64,000 nucleotides of DNA from Calditrichia bacterium (lineage in GTDB: Bacteria > Calditrichota > Calditrichia > JAJRVZ01), in assembly GCA_963796965.1 (NCBI GenBank), contig CAWCNS010000005.1:192001-256000 (forward strand), in the 5' to 3' direction. Each line of letters starts with the position of its first letter. The stretch's first letter is position 1. The notes under the pieces are model-generated. The model saw nothing but the letters and a program-made list of their open reading frames with translations, made no database searches and was not told where the DNA came from. This document shows positions 46,292-54,868 of the stretch, piece by piece. Position numbers and translations under genes: made by a program.

Positions 46292-46609
46292 ATGTCTCAA
46301 TACATTATTACTTATCTAGGCGGCGATCAGCCCTCTAGCCCAGAGGAAGGCAAGCAACATATGTCGAAATATATGGATTGGCTATCTTCGTTGGGCGACT
46401 CAGCTGTTAGTCCTGCCAATCCGCTTAAGAATACGAGCACAGTAAACTCTGACGGTACAGTTACCATTGGAAGCACAACGACAATGTCTGGTTACACCAT
46501 AATTGAAGCGGATTCTATGGAAGCAGCATTATCGATTGCAAAAGGATGCCCATTTCTTGATATTGGCGGTTCACTTGAGGTGTCAGAGTTAATGCAGATG
46601 CCAGGCTAA
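46292..46609 (+). CDS. YciI-related protein
   Basis: WLSSLG, SGYTIIEADSMEAALSIAKGCP, LEVSE. Confidence 0.8.
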   Translation: MSQYIITYLGGDQPSSPEEGKQHMSKYMDWLSSLGDSAVSPANPLKNTSTVNSDGTVTIGSTTTMSGYTIIEADSMEAALSIAKGCPFLDIGGSLEVSELMQMPG

Positions 46610-46745
46610 AATAAACACAACAATATTTTATCTTCTCTCAATTTTTTAAATAGATCAGGTTTTCCATTTATCCACAAAATTCCATCCTTGACAAAATCAA
46701 GGCCGATTTCTATATTGATTTGTAAATTTCCGGAGGAGAGGTGGC

Positions 46746-47159
46746 ATGAAAGAACCAAGTAAAATCCTGATGATAGATGATGATGACAATCTGGTAAATG
46801 TTGTACGTCTGGTGATGGAAGCGAAAAACTATAATTTTGAATTTGCGCTTTCTGCAAGAGAGGGTCTTGAAAAGATTAAAGCATTTAATCCGGATTTGAT
46901 CATTTTAGATGTCATTATGGAGGATTTTGTTGCCGGATTTCGAGTGGTTAGTGAGTTAAGGACGGGTGAGATTACCTCAGAATATAGTCAGTATGCTCAG
47001 ATTCCCATCATCATGTTGACCTCTGTAACCTCTAAAACAGATATCAATTTTAGTGAAAAAGTGGGCACGGCTCTGCTTCCGGTTGATGCGTTTATTGAAA
47101 AACCAGTCAAACCGGCGATATTGTTAGAGAAAATTGAAGAGTTACTTGGTAGAAAATAA
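46746..47159 (+). CDS. Stand-alone response regulator (receiver domain)
   Basis: IDDD, PDLIILDVIM, IIMLTS, FIEKPV. Confidence 0.92.
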   Translation: MKEPSKILMIDDDDNLVNVVRLVMEAKNYNFEFALSAREGLEKIKAFNPDLIILDVIMEDFVAGFRVVSELRTGEITSEYSQYAQIPIIMLTSVTSKTDINFSEKVGTALLPVDAFIEKPVKPAILLEKIEELLGRK

Positions 47160-47208
47160 TAAAATCTAAATCACCTATCGCAATATTGCATGCCTATAAA
47201 CATTTTTG

Positions 47209-47383
47209 TCCACGAATTTCACGAATTAAAATTATACTTCTTTTATAGTATCACTCTGTTTATTAAACTCCTTCCGAGAATTTTTTTTTCGAGCTGATAT
47301 TATTAGATTCTGAAACAAGTTCAGAATGACTCAAGGAACAAATTATATATTAGAGGGAAATTATAATTCGTGAAATTCGTGGA
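47209..47383. repeat. Perfect 20-bp inverted repeat (9-mer family) enclosing another palindrome
   Basis: TCCACGAATTTCACGAATTA (47209-47228) / TAATTCGTGAAATTCGTGGA (47364-47383); internal ATTCTGAAACAAGTTCAGAATGAC. Confidence 0.85.
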
Positions 47384-47396
47384 GAGGTCTTTATTT

Positions 47397-49356
47397 TCAG
47401 GATGGCGATGATTCTTTTGGGATCGTAAAATAAAATTTCGCCCATTTTCCTTCTTCAGATTCAGCCCAGATACGCCCCCCATGTCGCTGTACGATCATTT
47501 TGGTCACAAATAATCCCAAGCCTGTTCCCGATTTTGTGTCATATTTTTCAGAACTAAATCGGGTAAATTTAGTAAATAATGCTTCTGTGTCTTCTTTAGA
47601 AAATCCAACACCATCGTTATAGATTGAAAACAGATACTCTGTTTCATGCTCTACACAATCCATTTTAATCGTCGAGCCATTCTCGCCATATTTTACCGCA
47701 TTTGATATCAGATTTTGAAAAACAGAAGATAGAAGGCTGGTATCGCCTGTAATGATCAGATCCTTAGGGATTTTACAGTCTATTCTCATTTTACTGTCAG
47801 CGATTATTTCTGATAATCGCTGTACCGCATGTTTACACATAGATTCGCAGGGTTTTAATTTCTCTAACTTTAATTTTAAAGCACCTTCTTCAATCCGACT
47901 TAAGTTCAGGAAATTAGCTATTGTTGCATTCAGGTAATGAGCACTTTTTGCAGATGATTTTAATAACTCATCCTGGGGTTTATTCACGGGGCCAAGCGTT
48001 CCATCGCGCAAAGATTCAACAGCAAAAACAATAGATGCAAGCGGTGATTTCAATTCATGGGTAACAAATCCAAGCATTTCCAGATAAGCACGGTTTTTAT
48101 CATCGGCTTTTTTATAAGCTTCTTCTAATTCACGTGTGGCATTCGCCAATTCTTTGCTCCGGAGACTCTAATGAAGCAGCCATCAGATTAAATGAATGGC
48201 CTAACTCCCTTATGTCACGGCTCCCCTCATCTTCTCTGACTCTGGTATTTAAATCACCACCAGATATTTTTCTGGTCGCTTCTTTGAGATGTTCAATGGG
48301 TTTCCGAATTTTTCCGGCAAAAATGATGGCGAATTGAGCAACTAATAACAAAGCAATGAATCCCATACCCAGAAATTTGAGGGTTAACTCGGCCTTATAA
48401 TCGAGGTATTTTTGTTCGAGTAATCCCACATAAAAAATACCAATAATCTTACCATCAGGATCAATGATCGGGTCGTAAGCGGATAAATACCAATCATTTA
48501 CAACAAACGCCCTATCTCCAAAACGTTCACCTTTCTCCAGAACCTTTTTATACACTTCTTCGGATACACGGGTACCGATAGCTCTGGTTGTATCTGCTTT
48601 AATCACATTTGTTGCAACACGGGTATCCCATAAAAATATTGTAACGGTTCCTAATGGTTTTCCCTCATAGTTTTCAATATCAAATACGGATCTGCGGATT
48701 CGGTCTACCAGGTCAAACCGACGGTTCAAAAGTATTCCTCCATATACGATTCCATATATCTCATTTCCAGGTCCAAAGACAGGGGTTGCCGCTTCAATAG
48801 TCATTCCCTGATCTTCGATCTGTTTTTCTGTTGGACGGGCGCGTTCTGTCTGTAGGAGTGGAATATAGGCTTTCTCAGCAAGATCGGGGTCCATTTTTAG
48901 CAATTCATTACGGGAGTGTAGTACGGTACCGCTGGAAAATTTTCCTACCAAGGCTTGCTGAACTATTGAATTATCAGAAAACGACCTTATACCTACTGGC
49001 GCGACTGATTTGGATATTATCTTGCCATGAGTATCCAATAAAAGTAAGAAATCAAGATTGAAGACTTTTTTTAAAGAATCCAATTCCGGAGATATAGAGT
49101 GAGATTTTATTTTATTACCCAATACTTTGTGGATGTCTTCTCGCTGAGCGACGATGCTGATTGATGACTGAAGAATTGCCTTTTCTTCATCGTATCCGGA
49201 CCAGGCGGAATTCAGATCCATTTGTACGCGAAGTTTTGCTTCAGTTACGACAGTATCGGAAATGAAACTTAGACCGGTGAAAATGGCAAATGCTCCCATA
49301 AAGGCAACAACAAAACCATAACCTAACAGAAGTGTTGTTCGTAAACCCAGACGCAT
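47397..49356 (-). CDS. Cache-domain HAMP sensor histidine kinase, frameshift near 48155
   Basis: TIFLWDTRVATNV, RAIGT, WYLSAYDPI (Cache_3/Cache_2-like); HAMP; THELKSPL; NLISNAVKY; GTGLGL. Confidence 0.9.
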
Positions 49357-49383
49357 AGTAAATCCTTGTTTTGAATGGAATGA

Positions 49384-50994
49384 TTATTTGCGGTGGACAA
49401 GACATTTCCATATTGTCTCTTCAAGTAGATCTCTGGCACTCTGTGGTGTCAGAGATGGGGCAGATTCAGGCATCTCTTTTTCCTCCCTCTCATAGGAGAG
49501 AAATTGTTTGTATTGGAGATCTACCTCGTCAGTTGCAAATTTTAAGGGGAGGGTAATGAAATCGTAAATCTCTTTATGAAAACTTTCGACGGTATCAACG
49601 CGGGACGACTCCGTGCAGGCAATCCGGTCGAGGATGTCCAGAATAAAGTTAATTTTATCTCCTGAATATCCGGATTTGAAGCGATTTATACCTGAAACCT
49701 CAAAATAATTCTGAATTAGCAATTTGTTATCCGTATGAATGGAGGCGATCAGTAATTTATAAATTAATTTTATCTGCCAAAGTAGTTCAGATTGATCAAT
49801 CTTCCTTAAATTAAGGTCCTCTGTAAACCATTTTTCTGATAGAATTCGCTTCAATACCTGGTCTATAATTTCATCTTCCTTCTCAGAAAGAGCATTGTAA
49901 ATGCAGAAACTGGGTCGCAATGTTGTTTTTTTAAGAATGGCCAGATTACGGCTTTGCCAGGCAAAGGGTTCACTTTTAAACCTTTCAACAAGAAAAGGAA
50001 GCCGATTCTCAATTCGTAACCGAGTTGATGGGGTCCAGTCTAAAATTTCGCTGGTGCTTTTATTGTCGACGAGAAGTTTACGATCGATATAACGCCACAT
50101 CCAGGGACGCTCAAAAGGCTTACTAAATAAATTCATCAGATATATACCGAAACCTGTCATCCAGCGTGGCACGAAGATGGGTCTTCTTGATTTTCCCAAG
50201 AAACTCTGCGTCACCACCTCAAATATCGTTTTATGATCGGTTGCATTATTAGTTGAGGCCAAGAGTATTTTTCCTGCATTCACACGATCAATGCGGTGCA
50301 GTAATTTTCGGAAAAAACTAACAATATCTCTTATATGAACATAAGGAAGCGCTGAGACACCTTTCCCGGCTAAAAATCTTGAACGCCAGGAAGGACCAAG
50401 CCAGGTCTGAAATAAAGCATACAAAGGAGGGTATTCGCACCAATCACTAAATACAGCACCGAATCTGACGATGCATGATGGCATGGACGATAAACGATTA
50501 AGAACCAATGCCTCACCGTCTCTCTTGGTACGGGAATAAATATGTGGACCATCGGCAGGCGACTCCTCTGTAACAAAATCACCTTCAGGAGGATAACTGC
50601 ATGCAGCAACAGAACTACCGAATATAAACAATTTAAGGTTTAATGTCTCTGCAAGATCAAGGACATTATTTGTCCCGTCGATATTCGTTCTTTTATACTC
50701 TGCGTTTTCATCTCCGGTGAAATCATAATAGGCAGCCAGATGAATCAGATAGTCTGCCCCTCCTGCAGTTGTGATCTCCCGAAAGGCACGACTTATGCTC
50801 TCCTGGTCCCCTACATCTGCCCTGATCCAGGCAATGTTTGGATGGACTGGCGCTTTACATTCCTGGGGCGAACGCCGGGCGATGGCAAAGATGCGGTGGT
50901 CCATTGCAAGATCATCAAGTAAGTGGCGACCTATAAATCCGGATGCCCCGGTAATAATAATGGAAGGCAATCTCTGGGCAGCAGTTGTATCCAT
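49384..50994 (-). CDS. Extended SDR (NAD-dependent epimerase) with C-terminal all-helical domain
   Basis: TGASGFIG, HLAAYYDF, YSRTK, FSDWCEY; about 180-aa extra C-terminus; ends 27 bp before the kinase start. Confidence 0.85.
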   Translation of the reverse strand: MDTTAAQRLPSIIITGASGFIGRHLLDDLAMDHRIFAIARRSPQECKAPVHPNIAWIRADVGDQESISRAFREITTAGGADYLIHLAAYYDFTGDENAEYKRTNIDGTNNVLDLAETLNLKLFIFGSSVAACSYPPEGDFVTEESPADGPHIYSRTKRDGEALVLNRLSSMPSCIVRFGAVFSDWCEYPPLYALFQTWLGPSWRSRFLAGKGVSALPYVHIRDIVSFFRKLLHRIDRVNAGKILLASTNNATDHKTIFEVVTQSFLGKSRRPIFVPRWMTGFGIYLMNLFSKPFERPWMWRYIDRKLLVDNKSTSEILDWTPSTRLRIENRLPFLVERFKSEPFAWQSRNLAILKKTTLRPSFCIYNALSEKEDEIIDQVLKRILSEKWFTEDLNLRKIDQSELLWQIKLIYKLLIASIHTDNKLLIQNYFEVSGINRFKSGYSGDKINFILDILDRIACTESSRVDTVESFHKEIYDFITLPLKFATDEVDLQYKQFLSYEREEKEMPESAPSLTPQSARDLLEETIWKCLVHRK

Positions 50995-51165
50995 ATTCTG
51001 GTACTTTAATTCAAATTTTATAGATAGTTTGGCTATTTACTATAATATCATCAGGAGAAATATTGGTATCAAGATAGCATGTTATTTTCAAAACATTTGA
51101 ACAAATTTTCCATCACATATAAATTACAATTTACATGGCAAATTCCCAAAAGTTTTATTATTGGT

Positions 51166-51342
51166 CTGTCATGTCTTGACCAGGCGTTTAAAAAATGAAA
51201 ATCATTATTAATTTGGGAGTAGGCAGAATTCGTCATTCCGAACCCTGGCGGTAGGCCAGGGTTCAGGATGACCTTGACTCGCATCTTTTTCTCTCCGGAT
51301 TTGAAATCAAGAATCTGTAAACACCTGGTCAAGACAATACAG
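51166..51342. repeat. Nested palindromic element
   Basis: Outer CTGTCATGTCTTGACCAGG / CCTGGTCAAGACAATACAG; inner GTCATTCCGAACCCTGGC / GCCAGGGTTCAGGATGAC (51232-51272). Confidence 0.8.
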
Positions 51343-51514
51343 TTAATTACGTGGAAATCTATCATATCTAAGAATATTGATAATTGGATTTAAGATGTGT
51401 TTTATTAAAACGTCTCCCTATTGCAGAACTTTCATCCCTGTATTTTCTAATGCAATTAAAATTCTTTACCAGATATTTCTGAATTAACATAACAAACACG
51501 CGGTTATATTAGTT

Positions 51515-52636
51515 TTGAAATCTAAATCTAAAGTATTAAATTCTTGTCCTGTTTTAGACCTTTACAGGATAGAGATGATTTCAGTTTCGGGACAATTACT
51601 TTCCCATGTAGATAAACAAGTTCAAGTTGATCGCTTAATAGCATTATGGGCCCTTAGCGAAGCAGCGTTGGGTGGCGCTTTACATGCATTTCGAATCCCA
51701 TTGACCGGGCTGCTCGTCAATGGGACTGCTGTGATTCTGATGGTTTTTATTGCCAGTTTCTCTCCCAAACGGGGGGCTATATTAAAGGCTACATTTGTCG
51801 TAATAATCGTCAAAGGGATTGTAAGCCCACACACCCCGTTAGCAGCATATATAGCTGTGGGATTTCAGGGTCTGATGGGCGAACTTTTACTACGCTCAAA
51901 AAGATATCTATTGCTATCTTCTTTGTTACTAGGAATTATTACGCTTTTGCAATCTTCATTTCAAAAGATCATTATCTTAACATTTGTTTATGGAAACGTT
52001 CTGTGGGAATCAATTGACCTCTTTGGTAATTTTGTAACTAAACAACTGGCATTTTTGCCTGTTATTTCAGAAGATTTCAGTTTTAGTCATTGGATGATTG
52101 GAATATATATACTAATTCATGTCTGTATGGGCGTCTTAGTCGGAATATTGGCTGCCAGGCTACCGGGTTGGGTTGAAAAAGAGATCGGCAATGTTATATC
52201 CCATCCGGCGATTGATATCACGGAAAACTCTAATGGAATGATACTTAAAAAGCGAAAGAAAAAGTGGTATCAAAAGTTGACAACGATCGCCATCTTCTTA
52301 TTGGCAATAGGCGTCATTAGTCTAAGTTATGTGTTCCCGGAAATATCTGAATCGCAGGCAGTAAAGGCACTTATAATGATTATTCGTGCCCTTTCTATCA
52401 TGGCCATATGGTACTTTCTTTTAGGGCCCTGGATATTGAAACTGTATCAAAAGTATATGAGTAAGAAGCAAAATGTTTATACAATCGATGTCCAGAATAC
52501 GCTTGATGTATTACCGGTTTTATACCGGATTATATACCAAACATGGCAAAATAGTCGATCTTATAACGGACTCAAAAGAGTAAAAGTCTTTGTTGTTTCT
52601 GTCTTCGTAAATATCTTAACCATAGAGCTATCATAA
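51515..52636 (+). CDS. Multi-TM membrane protein of unknown function (start possibly ATG 51575)
   Basis: About 8 hydrophobic segments; SEAALGGALH motif. Confidence 0.7.
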   Translation: MKSKSKVLNSCPVLDLYRIEMISVSGQLLSHVDKQVQVDRLIALWALSEAALGGALHAFRIPLTGLLVNGTAVILMVFIASFSPKRGAILKATFVVIIVKGIVSPHTPLAAYIAVGFQGLMGELLLRSKRYLLLSSLLLGIITLLQSSFQKIIILTFVYGNVLWESIDLFGNFVTKQLAFLPVISEDFSFSHWMIGIYILIHVCMGVLVGILAARLPGWVEKEIGNVISHPAIDITENSNGMILKKRKKKWYQKLTTIAIFLLAIGVISLSYVFPEISESQAVKALIMIIRALSIMAIWYFLLGPWILKLYQKYMSKKQNVYTIDVQNTLDVLPVLYRIIYQTWQNSRSYNGLKRVKVFVVSVFVNILTIELS

Positions 52637-52637
52637 T

Positions 52638-53129
52638 ATGCATACTATAGACATTCTAACAGGACCGATTCAGAGCGGTAAGACCACCCATCTGATTTCG
52701 TGGCTTAAATTTAATAACAACTGTGCCGGTATTCTCTCACCGCTTACTGGAAATAAACGACAATTCTATTCAATTCACAATGAAGTATTCCATCCTTTTG
52801 AAGCGCCAGAGAATATAAAAGCAGATGATGAACTAATTACCATCGGGAAGTATCGATTTCTCAACTCAGCATTTGTATGGGCTCGTTCTCAACTGGAGCA
52901 GGCGGTAGAATTAAAACCCCATTGGTTAATAATTGATGAAATTGGACCAATCGAACTGCGGGGAGAGGGACTAGAGCCTCAGGTTCGAAAAATTATAGAT
53001 GAATATCCAAGGTCGAGAAAGAATAGATTGATCCTAGTTATCCGTGACCAACTATTAGAAGAAGCCATTGAACACTATAATCTTGGTGATGATACACAAA
53101 TTCATGAATCATTTTTAGAAATTATATAG
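52638..53129 (+). CDS. Small P-loop NTPase (NTPase_1/THEP1-like)
   Basis: TGPIQSGKTT, IGKYRF, LIIDEIGPIE. Confidence 0.85.
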   Translation: MHTIDILTGPIQSGKTTHLISWLKFNNNCAGILSPLTGNKRQFYSIHNEVFHPFEAPENIKADDELITIGKYRFLNSAFVWARSQLEQAVELKPHWLIIDEIGPIELRGEGLEPQVRKIIDEYPRSRKNRLILVIRDQLLEEAIEHYNLGDDTQIHESFLEII

Positions 53130-53435
53130 AATGTTAATTTATCAGAAAGAATGATGATAACACTTTTATAATCAGGATACGCGCGGGGCAATTGACAGGG
53201 ATATCTAAATTATACTTTTTAGGATATTCTACCCAATCGTTAAAGGATCTTTTCAATATTAGAAGAAATAGTTCAGAACATTTTCGTGATATTACATGTC
53301 TATACTATTTATATAATCTTCAATTAAATAAAATCAGATAAACACTGAAACTAATGAGTTTAAGCTGCGTAATCTCGATTGGTTTGTCCTATCAGTTTAC
53401 ACGTTTCATGCGATATAATCACCAGAGGAGTTAAG

Positions 53436-54600
53436 ATGAACAAGAAATTTTTAATCACGTTGTTAATTCATTTATTTGTAGGGATAATGGTACTCTCATC
53501 CTGTGGGGATGGTTCAGGCGGAGAAGAGGGAACAGCTAAACAAGATTCGACAGCCGCAGATTCGTTAAAACAACAGGAAGCAGAAAAAAAACAAAATGAG
53601 CTAAAAGCCGAGTTGATTCCAGTTGAAGTTACAACAGTAAAGAGGGGCACTATTTCTGATTATATTTTATTAAGTGCAAATCTTGAGACTGAAAGAATGG
53701 CTGATATTTACTCACGGGTCCAGGGCTTGGTAGAAAAAATACACGTGGATGAAGGTGATGTTGTAAAAAAAGGCCAGGTCCTTATGGAGTTAGAATCAGA
53801 TGAATACAAATTGGCGGAAGAGAAGGCCAAATTAAATTACCAAAAACAAAAATCTGACTATAATAGACTCGAAGCCATGTACAAGCAAAATCTTCTCAGT
53901 ATTGAAGAGTTCGAAACAGCAAAATTTGCTATGCAAGGTCTTGAAGTTGACTGGAAGCAAGCACAATTAAATCTCAGTTATACCAGAATAACATCACCCA
54001 TATCCGGTGTCATAGGTGATCGATCCAGAAAACCCGGAGACCGTATCCAACCCAGTGATAAGTTGTTTAGGGTTATTAATACTACGGAAATGATAGCAGT
54101 GGTTTATGCACCTGAAAAGCAGCTTGGCACTGTTCAGAAAAACCAAAAAGCTTATATAACCTCAGATCATATCCGTGGAAAAGAATACGAAGGCTGGATT
54201 AAAAGAGTTAGTCCCGTGGTAGATCCGCAGAGTGGTACCTTTAAAATCACTCTTGGTGTTAAAAATCGTGATAATAAACTACGTGCAGGCATGTTTGTAA
54301 ATACTCATATTGTCACCTCTGTGCATGAGAATGCCATTCTAATTCCCAAAACAGCGATTGTCTATGAGAATGAAGGAATGAATATATTCGTTGTCAGGGA
54401 TAGTGTTGCAAAAAGAGTGGTTCTGAAAATTGGCTTTCAGGATCATGAGAAAGTGGAATCTTTGGATGGTATTGAAGAAGGCGAGCAGATTATTATCGTT
54501 GGCCAGGCTGGGTTAAAAGACGGTACACAGTGTAAGAATAGTGAATGTTAAAGAGAATACCTTGGCCTATCTCCGAAACGAATCCAAGAGGGCAATTTAA
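53436..54600 (+). CDS. RND efflux periplasmic adaptor (MFP) lipoprotein; frameshift near the 3' end
   Basis: Lipobox LSSC, VDEGDVVKKGQVL, ITSPISGVI, VSPVVDPQSGT, LRAGMF. Confidence 0.9.
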
Positions 54601-54613
54601 GTATTGTCTGGTA

Positions 54614-54774
54614 TCTCGCAAAGACGCCAAGAAGCGAAGAGGATCAATTTAAAAAATACAAAATAACAGAGAAAAAATATTTTTATAGATCCTAAAAAGT
54701 AATAATTACACTTTTGTATTTTGTATTATTTATTTTTTTAATCTTCCTCTGCGGCTTTGCGTCTTTGCGTGAGA
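54614..54774. repeat. Inverted-repeat element, 8-mer family
   Basis: TCTCGCAAAGACGCCAAGAAGCGAAGAGG ... CCTCTGCGGCTTTGCGTCTTTGCGTGAGA. Confidence 0.8.
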
Positions 54775-54868
54775 AAAGATTCAATCACTTTGGATAAATG
54801 AATCGAGAAATTACTGTGATTCATGGACGAATAAATTAAGATATTATTACAGAAAGTAACCATTCAGA

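Noticed and set aside
51069..51365. 98-aa minus-strand ORF
   Set aside because: It runs through the nested palindromic element and has no protein-like motifs.
15104..54774. Dispersed repeats as a CRISPR array
   Set aside because: They are inverted pairs scattered over tens of kb, not regularly spaced direct repeats, and there are no cas genes.
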